Below are positions 15,224-23,027 of a stretch of 26,336 nucleotides of DNA, piece after piece. A program made the position numbers and the translations under genes. The notes below the pieces were generated by a model, which searched no databases, had not been told where the DNA came from, and was given only the letters and a program-made list of their open reading frames with translations. Numbering within the stretch: position 1 is the first letter of the stretch; each line of letters opens with the position of its first letter. Origin of the DNA: a virus (Duplodnaviria > Caudoviricetes); the IMG/VR virus record IMGVR_UViG_3300025828_000158, positions 1-26,336 of that record; one strand, written 5' to 3'.

Positions 15224-16742
15224 TTTTAATTATAAACCAGAAGGTAAAACCTTAAAAGAGTTTATGAAGTCTAATGACTTCTTTAGAGGACTACGTGGCC
15301 CAGTAGGTTCTGGTAAATCTGTATCTTGTTGCATAGAATTATTTAGACGAGCATTGCTGCAAGAAAAAGGTGCAGATGGCAAACGTAAATCAAGATGGGC
15401 AGTTATTAGAAATACAAACCCACAATTAAAAACAACAACCATTAAGACTTGGTTAGATTGGTTTCCTGAAGAAAACTGGGGAAACTTTTCTTGGTCTGTT
15501 CCTTATACTCATAGAATCTATAAAGGTGATTTAGATATAGAAGTTATCTTTCTTGCATTAGATAGACCAGAAGACGTAAAGAAATTATTATCTTTAGAAC
15601 TTACTGGTGTATGGGTTAATGAAGCTAGAGAAATACCTAAATCAATTATAGATGCTTGTACTATGAGGGTAGGAAGATACCCATCTATGAGAGATGGTGG
15701 TGCAAGTTGGTATGGAGTTATTGCAGATACCAATGCTCCAGAAGAAGATCATTGGTGGCCAATAATGGCAGGTGATGTTCCAACACCAGATCATATTTCT
15801 AGAGAAGAAGCTTTGATGTTAATCAAACCAGATAACTGGAGTTTTTATACTCAACCACCTGCATTGCAGGAAAAAAAAGAAAATGGAATTACTACAGGTT
15901 ATGAAAATAATCCTCTTGCAGAAAATAAAAAAAACTTAACAGATAAATATTATACTAATATTATTAGAGGTAAAACAAAAGGATGGATTGATGTTTATGT
16001 TTTAAATAAACTTGGATCAATTGAAGAAGGTAAACCTGTTTATCCAAACTTTAAAGAAGAACTCCACGTTGCTATAGAAAAATTAGAATTAAATATTCAT
16101 CAACCTATTTACATTGGAGTTGACTTTGGATTAACTCCTGCTGCTGTCTTTGGTCAAAGACTAGCTACAGGTAGATGGCATATTGTAAATGAGCTAGTAT
16201 GTTTTGATATGGGTGTTGTAAGATTTTCAGAATTATTAAGAAATGAGATTGCAAAAAATTACAGAGGCTATGAAGTAAATATTTATGGAGATCCTGCTGG
16301 AGATTTTAGATCTCAAACAGATGAAAGAACTCCATTTCAAATAATGCGACAAGCAGGATTAAAAGCTACACCAGCTCCATCTAATGATGTTGCATTAAGA
16401 ATAGAAGCTGTTGATGTTGCTTTATGTAGATTGCTAGATGGTAAACCAGGATTCTTATTAGACAAACAATGTATTAATTTAAAAAAAGGATTTAATGGTG
16501 GTTATCATTATAGACGAATACAAACTTCTGGAGATCGTTATGATGAGAAACCAAACAAGAATAGATACTCTCACGTACACGACGCATTACAATATTTAAT
16601 GATTGGAGCAGGTGAAGGTAGATCTATTCTAGCAGGTAGAACACAATCCAAACCAACAGTAGTCAAAAAAGAATGGGATGTGTTTGCTAAACAAAGACCT
16701 AATAAAAGGAGAGTATGGGATTTATTCAAACGGAATGGTTAG
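15213..16742 (+). CDS. terL: Terminase large subunit
   Basis: Walker A GPVGSGKS, Walker B-like VWVNEARE, coupling motif DTN, nuclease GVDFGLTPA and HVHDALQY. Confidence 0.95.
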   Translation: MSIDFNYKPEGKTLKEFMKSNDFFRGLRGPVGSGKSVSCCIELFRRALLQEKGADGKRKSRWAVIRNTNPQLKTTTIKTWLDWFPEENWGNFSWSVPYTHRIYKGDLDIEVIFLALDRPEDVKKLLSLELTGVWVNEAREIPKSIIDACTMRVGRYPSMRDGGASWYGVIADTNAPEEDHWWPIMAGDVPTPDHISREEALMLIKPDNWSFYTQPPALQEKKENGITTGYENNPLAENKKNLTDKYYTNIIRGKTKGWIDVYVLNKLGSIEEGKPVYPNFKEELHVAIEKLELNIHQPIYIGVDFGLTPAAVFGQRLATGRWHIVNELVCFDMGVVRFSELLRNEIAKNYRGYEVNIYGDPAGDFRSQTDERTPFQIMRQAGLKATPAPSNDVALRIEAVDVALCRLLDGKPGFLLDKQCINLKKGFNGGYHYRRIQTSGDRYDEKPNKNRYSHVHDALQYLMIGAGEGRSILAGRTQSKPTVVKKEWDVFAKQRPNKRRVWDLFKRNG

Positions 16743-17155
16743 TCTATTTCTATGAAGCAGACAATCATCCTTACTCTGATTGGTTAAGATTTTTAAAAAA
16801 AGGTTATAAGCATTGTGGAGCTTTGTCATATTACCACGCAAAAGATACTTGGGTACATTTAGAGTTTACCCACGCAGGTATTAAACTATCTTATTTAGAT
16901 AAAAAGGAAGTTGAAGATACATTTCATTACTTAAGCAATTTTAAAATGTTACGTTGCCCTGTTAGGGATCAATGGCATTTATTAAGGATTAAAGATTTAA
17001 CCTGCGTATCATTTATTATGAGATTAATTGGATTTTATAAATGGTATATCTTTACTCCATACCAGCTTTATTGTGCGTTGATTAAAGCAGGATATAAGTC
17101 ATTTTACGAACAAGATGCCAAAACCAAAGAAAAAATCCTTGCAGGAGATCATTGA
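16715..17155 (+). CDS. Hypothetical protein, possible permuted papain-like (NlpC/P60) enzyme
   Basis: Order YKHCG ... LTCVSF ... FTPYQLY (His before Cys, then TPxxL). Confidence 0.5.
   Translation: MGFIQTEWLVYFYEADNHPYSDWLRFLKKGYKHCGALSYYHAKDTWVHLEFTHAGIKLSYLDKKEVEDTFHYLSNFKMLRCPVRDQWHLLRIKDLTCVSFIMRLIGFYKWYIFTPYQLYCALIKAGYKSFYEQDAKTKEKILAGDH
17072..17105 (+). promoter_or_regulatory. GTGCG-type promoter candidate
   Basis: TGTGCG-TTGATT-N16-CATTTT; ATG 17115 follows about 10 nt later. Confidence 0.5.
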
Positions 17156-17267
17156 CGAAATGAGAGATTTACAGGCTCAAGAAGATGATTTAATACAAGA
17201 AATGGAAAATGGTTTAGGATCTTTAATATCTGATGATTTAAAATTTATAGAAGACGAGGAGAACTAA
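17115..17267 (+). CDS. Small acidic protein (50 aa, not in ORF track)
   Basis: MPKPKKKSLQEIIDEMRDLQAQEDD...EDEEN*; TAATG coupling to the next gene. Confidence 0.65.
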   Translation: MPKPKKKSLQEIIDEMRDLQAQEDDLIQEMENGLGSLISDDLKFIEDEEN

Positions 17268-17470
17268 TGGGCGGAGTATTTTCAAAACCATCACCACCAC
17301 CAAGAGATACTGCTTTAGAAAAGCAATTAGAAGAACAAAGAGCTGCTGAAGAAGCAAGAGCTGCTGCTTTAGAAAAAGAGCAAAGAACCTATAAGCAAAA
17401 AGTTGCTAAAGGTATTATTGGTGCTAGATCTTTATTTGGTAAAGCTGGTGGTAGAGGATTTTTTGGATAA
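17267..17470 (+). CDS. Small virion-associated protein upstream of portal
   Basis: MGGVFSKPSPPP...helix...GARSL pattern typical of small pre-portal podovirus genes; GAGGAG RBS. Confidence 0.6.
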   Translation: MGGVFSKPSPPPRDTALEKQLEEQRAAEEARAAALEKEQRTYKQKVAKGIIGARSLFGKAGGRGFFG

Positions 17471-17742
17471 TGGTAGCAAAGGTTTACCAGAATCCTAAAG
17501 GTGGATTAAATGCTAAAGGTAGAGCATACTTCAAAAGAACTGAAGGTGCTAACCTAAAAGCTCCTGTTAAAAAAGGAATTAATCCAAGAAGAATTAGTTT
17601 TGCTGCAAGGTTTGCAGGAATGAAAGGCCCAATGAAAGATTCTAAAGGCAGACCAACAAGAAAAGCCTTAGCATTAAAAGCGTGGGGCTTTGGTAGTGTT
17701 GAAGCTGCAAGGAACTTTGCAAATAGACATAAAAAGAAATAA
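17470..17742 (+). CDS. Small basic protein, DUF6321-like
   Basis: NPKGGLNAKGRA...NLKAPV...RR.SF.AR..GMKGPMKD.KGRPTRKALALKAW. Confidence 0.7.
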   Translation: MVAKVYQNPKGGLNAKGRAYFKRTEGANLKAPVKKGINPRRISFAARFAGMKGPMKDSKGRPTRKALALKAWGFGSVEAARNFANRHKKK

Positions 17743-17744
17743 AA

Positions 17745-18122
17745 ATGTCTGTGGCAAAAAAAACTAAACCTGCTTTATGGGCAAGAGCAAAAGCTCAAGC
17801 TAAAGCACAAATGGGAGGGAAACATAGTGCGAGAGCTATGCAACTTGCTGTTAAGATATATAAAAAAGCAGGTGGAGGCTATAGAGGATCTAAGTCAGGA
17901 TCTAATAAGCTATCCAAATGGAGTAAACAAAAATGGAGAACAAGTAGTGGAAAACCAAGTGAAGGAAAACGAAGATATTTACCTGAGAAGGCTTGGAAGG
18001 CTCTTACGGCTAAAGAAAGGTCTGCAACTAACCAAGCTAAAGCACGTGGAAATAAACAAGGAAAACAATTTGTCAAACAACCAAAAAGTATCGCCGCAAA
18101 AGTTAAAAGATTTAGAAAGTAA
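17745..18122 (+). CDS. Basic protein, DUF5872-like
   Basis: SARAMQLAVK.YKKAGGGY, L.KW.KQKWRT, RYLP.KA...L, GKQFVKQP. Confidence 0.7.
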   Translation: MSVAKKTKPALWARAKAQAKAQMGGKHSARAMQLAVKIYKKAGGGYRGSKSGSNKLSKWSKQKWRTSSGKPSEGKRRYLPEKAWKALTAKERSATNQAKARGNKQGKQFVKQPKSIAAKVKRFRK

Positions 18123-18127
18123 AAACA

Positions 18128-18304
18128 ATGACTAAAAAATGGATTCAAGCTGCTATTAAAAAACCTGGTGCTTTAAGAAAATCTATGGGAATTAAAAAAG
18201 GTGAAAAGATTCCAATGAAAGATTTAAAAAAAGCTGCTAAGAAGAAAGGTAAGATGGGAGCTAGAGCAAGATTAGCAATTACTTTAAAAGGATTTAAAAA
18301 ATAA
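18128..18304 (+). CDS. Small Lys-rich protein (58 aa, not in ORF track)
   Basis: MTKKWIQAAIKKPGALRKSMGIKKGEKIP...GARARLAITLKGFKK*; TAATG coupling to portal. Confidence 0.8.
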   Translation: MTKKWIQAAIKKPGALRKSMGIKKGEKIPMKDLKKAAKKKGKMGARARLAITLKGFKK

Positions 18305-19854
18305 TGGAATACACATACGAAGATACACCTACAGTAGATACTACAGATAAAGCAACTGCTATCTTACAAAAGTATAAAGAAGCTGTATCTGTTAAAGATC
18401 ATTGGAGAGAAAAATTTGAAGAAGCATATGAATATTGTCTTCCAAATAGAGAATCATTTTATGATGAATCACCAGGACAAAAAAGAACTGATAAGATCTT
18501 TGATGAAACAGCAGTAGTAGGTGTTCAAGAATTTGCATCTAGATTACAATCTGGTATTGTTCCAACATTTGCTAGATGGGCAGATTTCCAAGCTGGTGTA
18601 GAAATACCTGAAGAACAAAAATCTCAAGTCAATTTACAATTAGATAAAATAACTGAATACGTTTTTGAAGTATTACAAAACTCAAACTTTAACCAAGAAT
18701 GTCACGAAGCATTTATGGATTTAGCTGTAGGCACAGGATGTATGTTAGTTGAAGAAGGTGATGCAGTAAATCCAATCAAGTTTACTGCTGTACCTCTACC
18801 TAAAATCTGTTTACTTAATGGGCCAGATGGTAAAATAGATACTGTCTATAGAACTAGAAAAGTTAAACCAGAACATATTCAAATACTTTATCCTAAAGCA
18901 GTAATGCCTCAATATTTTGATCCGTTAAGACAAAAAAAAGATTTAACTATTATTGAAGCAGTTTACAGAGTTTATGAAAACAATGTTGAAAAATATAAAT
19001 ATTGCGTTGTATTAGAAAATCCTAAAGCAGTAATCTTTGAAGAATATTATACAGGAGAAGGATCAAATCCTTATTTAGTATTTAGATGGAATAAAGCATC
19101 TGGAGAAGTTTATGGTAGAGGCCCAATCTTTAATGCAATGGGTGCTATTAAAACTTGTAACTTAACTATTGAGTTAATATTACAAAATGCACAGATGGCA
19201 GTATCTGGAGTTTATACTTATGAAGATGATGGTGTTATCAATCCAGATAATATTGCATTAGTACCAGGATCTTTAATTCCAGTTGCACCAGGATCAAGAG
19301 GATTAAGTTCAATTCAATCTGCATCTAATTTTGATGTTGCACAATTAGTATTAAATGATATGCGACAAAATATTAAAAAAGCTCTTTATATGGAAACTCT
19401 TGGAAGACCAGAAGGTACACCAATGACAGCAACAGAAGTTTCTGAAAGAATGGCAGATCTATCTAGACAAATTGGATCTTCATTTGGAAGATTACAATCT
19501 GAGTTTATTCATCCATTATTAAAAAGAATTATTAGAATATTATCTAAACAAGGTAGAATAGAATTACCTAAAGTTAATGGTAGAGAAGTTAAGATAGCTG
19601 CAAGATCTCCATTAGCTAAAGCACAACATATGCAAGACATTGCAGATGTAAATAGATTCAATGAAATTATAGCAGGTACTTTTGGTCCACAAATGGTTAA
19701 TGTAATTATTAATCAAAATGAAACTGCAAAGTATTTAGCTAGTAAAATGAATTTGCCAGAAAAACTTATTCGTGATGAAGAAGAACAAAGGCAAATAGTA
19801 CAACAGATAAGTCAATTACAAAATCAACCGAAAGAAGGAGAGATACCTCAATAA
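18304..19854 (+). CDS. Portal (head-tail connector, T7 gp8-like)
   Basis: 516 aa; FDETA, LQSG..P...W, DL..GTG, RW....GEVYGRGP, MTATEV.ER motifs. Confidence 0.95.
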   Translation: MEYTYEDTPTVDTTDKATAILQKYKEAVSVKDHWREKFEEAYEYCLPNRESFYDESPGQKRTDKIFDETAVVGVQEFASRLQSGIVPTFARWADFQAGVEIPEEQKSQVNLQLDKITEYVFEVLQNSNFNQECHEAFMDLAVGTGCMLVEEGDAVNPIKFTAVPLPKICLLNGPDGKIDTVYRTRKVKPEHIQILYPKAVMPQYFDPLRQKKDLTIIEAVYRVYENNVEKYKYCVVLENPKAVIFEEYYTGEGSNPYLVFRWNKASGEVYGRGPIFNAMGAIKTCNLTIELILQNAQMAVSGVYTYEDDGVINPDNIALVPGSLIPVAPGSRGLSSIQSASNFDVAQLVLNDMRQNIKKALYMETLGRPEGTPMTATEVSERMADLSRQIGSSFGRLQSEFIHPLLKRIIRILSKQGRIELPKVNGREVKIAARSPLAKAQHMQDIADVNRFNEIIAGTFGPQMVNVIINQNETAKYLASKMNLPEKLIRDEEEQRQIVQQISQLQNQPKEGEIPQ

Positions 19855-20135
19855 TGAGCTGGGATGGGTTAAAAAATAAAAAACCAATTCCTGCAAAATC
19901 TATAGATGGTTACGTAAGATCTGACGAAGATGAACGTAATCTGAATAAAGCATTTGCGGGTTTATTCAAGGGCGATCAAGGCAAGAAAGTTCTTGAGTAT
20001 ATTAGATCTATTACAACTGAAGCTGTTGCTGGGCCAAATATAGACAGCAACCAATTATTTCATTTAGAAGGAATGAGATTCTTAGCAGGTGTAATTCAAA
20101 CACGTATAAAAAAAGGAGAACAAGATGGTAGATGA
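19854..20135 (+). CDS. Conserved post-portal protein (Bbp19-like)
   Basis: F....GKKVL.Y...T.......L...EGMR...I motif and position. Confidence 0.65.
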   Translation: MSWDGLKNKKPIPAKSIDGYVRSDEDERNLNKAFAGLFKGDQGKKVLEYIRSITTEAVAGPNIDSNQLFHLEGMRFLAGVIQTRIKKGEQDGR

Positions 20136-20883
20136 TAATGCTACAAATCAAGCACCAGTCACCACAGATTCGAAAGAGCAAACTGTTGTGTCTAAACCAG
20201 AATATGTACAAGACAAATTTTGGGATGTTGATAGAAAAGAAGTTAATTTAGAAAATTTAGCTTCTAGTTATAATGCTCTTGAAAAAAAACTAGGTTCAAG
20301 AACAGAAGACTTGTCTAAACAAATTAGACAAGATATGGAACTTGAAAGATTAAAAAATGCTCCTGAAGCATATAAAGTTAATCTTCCAGAACTTCCAGAG
20401 AATGTAGATGTATCTGTATCTGATGATATGGAGATTGTACAATGGTGGAAAGAAACTGCTAAAAAAAATGGTTTATCACAAGATCAGTTTGATGAAGGTG
20501 TAAATATGTTCATCAATAATGCTGTATCTGCTTTGCCAGATATAAATGCAGAAATGCAAAATCTTGGTGATAACGCTAAAGAAAGAATAGAAGCTGCTGA
20601 GTTATGGTCTAAAAAAAACCTATCTCCTAGTGCTTATAGTACTTTCTCAAGTATAGCTGCTACAGCAGATGGAGTTAAGGCTATTGAAGAAATAATGAAG
20701 TTAACTAAAGATAGTCCTATTCCAACAACACCAACTCAAGTGTCTGTTATGCCAGACTTGCAAGATTTAAAATCTATGATGAATGATCCAAGATACTTTG
20801 ATTCAAATCAAAGAGATCCTTCATATGTCAAACGAGTAACGGAGCTTTATGAGAAAGCATACAATAAAGCGAAACAAGGTTAA
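20125..20883 (+). CDS. Capsid assembly/scaffolding protein
   Basis: P....KFWD, LASSY..LEKKLG, MMNDPRY...DP.Y...V motifs; acidic; between portal and capsid. Confidence 0.8.
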   Translation: MVDDNATNQAPVTTDSKEQTVVSKPEYVQDKFWDVDRKEVNLENLASSYNALEKKLGSRTEDLSKQIRQDMELERLKNAPEAYKVNLPELPENVDVSVSDDMEIVQWWKETAKKNGLSQDQFDEGVNMFINNAVSALPDINAEMQNLGDNAKERIEAAELWSKKNLSPSAYSTFSSIAATADGVKAIEEIMKLTKDSPIPTTPTQVSVMPDLQDLKSMMNDPRYFDSNQRDPSYVKRVTELYEKAYNKAKQG

Positions 20884-21124
20884 AAAACCTTTTCGTTTTA
20901 AAAAGCTTAAAACAGATCTACATTGGCTAGATGCTGTATCAGATTCTGGATGGTTATCTGAAGAAGATATGGATAATCAAAAACCTGCTGATGCAATATG
21001 TAGCCAAATGTGGATTTATAAAGAAGACGATAAATCAATTACATTATTTGGCACTTATTCATATGATGATAAAGGTAAGTTAGAATTTGGTGAAGTTATA
21101 ACTATACCTAAAATATGGATTTAA
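20849..21124 (+). CDS. Conserved phage hypothetical protein
   Basis: W.DA.S.SGW...C...IP motif. Confidence 0.6.
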   Translation: MRKHTIKRNKVKKPFRFKKLKTDLHWLDAVSDSGWLSEEDMDNQKPADAICSQMWIYKEDDKSITLFGTYSYDDKGKLEFGEVITIPKIWI

Positions 21125-21159
21125 TGTGCGTTGTTTAGTATCATAAACAAATCTATTTT
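21125..21159 (+). promoter_or_regulatory. Capsid promoter (GTGCG-type)
   Basis: TGTGCG-TTGTTT-N17-TATTTT; the spacer contains the inverted repeat ttgttta/taaacaa. Confidence 0.65.
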
Positions 21160-21166
21160 TGCAGCA

Positions 21167-21234
21167 AGACCTTAAAAATGTTCAATGATTGCCCTTAATT
21201 GGATAACAATCCTCTGCATTTGTAAGACAATCGG
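21167..21234 (+). promoter_or_regulatory. Structured capsid 5' leader
   Basis: Nested stems cttaaaaatg/catttgtaag and gattg/caatc. Confidence 0.5.
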
Positions 21235-21277
21235 ATAAACGTAAACTTAACAACAACAATAAAAAAGGAGCTAATAA

Positions 21278-22108
21278 ATGGCTACATCAATAACAAATGC
21301 CTTTATAACTCAATTCGAAGCTGAAGTTCATATGGCTTACCAAAGAATGGGAAGCAAACTAAAAAATTTAGTTAGAAATGTGAACGGAGTAAACGGATCT
21401 ACTGTTAAGTTTCAGAAAGTTGCACAAGGTTCTGCAAACACTAAAGCAAGACACGCTGAAGTAGTTGCAATGGATCTTTCACACAGCAGTGTGTCAGCAA
21501 CTTTAACTGATTACTATGCAGCAGATTACGTTGACAAGTTAGACGAGTTAAAGGTAAACATTGACGAAAGACAAGTAGTTGCACAATCAGCAGCTTATGC
21601 ACTTGGTAGAAAAACTGACGAAGTGATAAGAGATGTGATGGATGCAGGTACTGCTTTCGCAAATAACGTAAACTCAGACGCATCAACAGGTATGTCTTTA
21701 GTGAAAGCTAAAAATATGATGGAAACATTCAATGGTAATGACGTTCCAGATGATGGTCAAAGATACTGGGTAGTAGGGCCTAAACAATGGTCTGACCTAT
21801 TAGGTATTGATCAGTTTACAAGACTAGAATACGTAGGACAAGATGAACTTCCATTCAAAGGTGGTATGACTGCTAAAAGATGGTTAGGATTCTTATGGTT
21901 CGTACACTCTGGTTTATCTAAACCATCAAGCGATAGATACACACTAGCTTTCCACAAATCATCTGTGGGATTAGGTGTTGGATCTGACGTTAAAACTGAA
22001 GTGAACTACATTCCAGAAAAAGTATCACACTTAATTACATCTATGTTATCATTAGGTGCAGTTGAGATTGACTCTAATGGATTAAGAGTTCAGAAATGTG
22101 CGGAGTAA
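21278..22108 (+). CDS. Major capsid protein
   Basis: 276 aa; AAGGAG RBS; FITQF..EV..AYQR.GSKL, VDKLD, AAYALGRK.D, WLGF.W; position after scaffold. Confidence 0.9.
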   Translation: MATSITNAFITQFEAEVHMAYQRMGSKLKNLVRNVNGVNGSTVKFQKVAQGSANTKARHAEVVAMDLSHSSVSATLTDYYAADYVDKLDELKVNIDERQVVAQSAAYALGRKTDEVIRDVMDAGTAFANNVNSDASTGMSLVKAKNMMETFNGNDVPDDGQRYWVVGPKQWSDLLGIDQFTRLEYVGQDELPFKGGMTAKRWLGFLWFVHSGLSKPSSDRYTLAFHKSSVGLGVGSDVKTEVNYIPEKVSHLITSMLSLGAVEIDSNGLRVQKCAE

Positions 22109-22120
22109 TAGGAGGATAAT

Positions 22121-22372
22121 ATGGCATACGCAACAGACAACCCAATCAAAAAGATTGCTGAAGCTGGTGGTAACAGTATTTTCTTCTATATAGACGGAGA
22201 TGCAATTGGAACTATTAGTGGTTCTGGTTACTTCAACTCAGCATATAATCAATTAAAACAAGGTGACATTATTATTGTTACTTCTGGAGTTGGTGGAACA
22301 ATAGCAGCAGACGTGCTATCTGTAACATCTGCATCTGGAGCAGCAACAGTAACTACTGTAGCTTTGGCTTAA
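22121..22372 (+). CDS. Small structural protein (capsid decoration-like)
   Basis: 83 aa; AGGAGG RBS; SGYFN...L..GD.I motif; co-transcribed with capsid before a terminator. Confidence 0.65.
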   Translation: MAYATDNPIKKIAEAGGNSIFFYIDGDAIGTISGSGYFNSAYNQLKQGDIIIVTSGVGGTIAADVLSVTSASGAATVTTVALA

Positions 22373-22384
22373 TAATATATATAT

Positions 22385-22413
22385 TTGGGGGCGAGGAAAC
22401 TCGCCCTCAATTT
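22385..22413 (+). terminator. Terminator hairpin after the capsid operon
   Basis: ttgggggcgag-GAAA-ctcgccctcaa-ttt. Confidence 0.75.
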
Positions 22414-22427
22414 AATAAAGGATTTTA

Positions 22428-23027
22428 ATGGCAACAAGTAAAGTAGATATATGTGCAAGAGCTTTAGTAATGATAGGTGCTCAACCTATATCTTCTTTTT
22501 CAGATGGTAGCACTGAAGCTCTCGTTGCATCAAATGTTTATGAAGATATTGTTCAATCTTCTTTAACTAGACATAGATGGAAATTTGCTACTAACCAAAA
22601 ACAATTATCATTATTAGCATCAGCACCAGAAGGTAGATATGATTATGCTTATCAATTACCTGCTGATCCTGGAGTATTACAAATTATTACAGTAACAGTT
22701 AATGACTATGTTATTCCATATACAAGATACAAAGATAAAATTTATGTAAATACTTATGGTGGAAACAATACTTTAATATTAGATTATATTTACAGAGTAG
22801 AAGAAGATTACTTTCCAGCTCATTTTAGATTAGCTTTAGAATATGAACTTGCATCTATCTTTGCAGGATCTGTTGCTAGAGATGCTGGTATGATTAGAGA
22901 ATTTAAAATGTTATCTGATAGACAATTTTTAATATCTAAAAATATTGATACATCAGAAGTAACTACTAGAAAACTTGATACTTCAAGATTTATTAACTTA
23001 AGAAACTCTACAAGAACTGATGTCTAA
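22428..23027 (+). CDS. Tail tubular protein A (adaptor)
   Basis: VDICARAL..IG..PI.S, H.W.FA, Y.YQLP.D, F..AL...LA motifs. Confidence 0.85.
   Translation: MATSKVDICARALVMIGAQPISSFSDGSTEALVASNVYEDIVQSSLTRHRWKFATNQKQLSLLASAPEGRYDYAYQLPADPGVLQIITVTVNDYVIPYTRYKDKIYVNTYGGNNTLILDYIYRVEEDYFPAHFRLALEYELASIFAGSVARDAGMIREFKMLSDRQFLISKNIDTSEVTTRKLDTSRFINLRNSTRTDV

Noticed and set aside
22106-22123. Capsid read-through into the in-frame downstream gene
   Set aside because: In frame, but separated by tandem TAA TAG stops, and the downstream gene has its own AGGAGG RBS.
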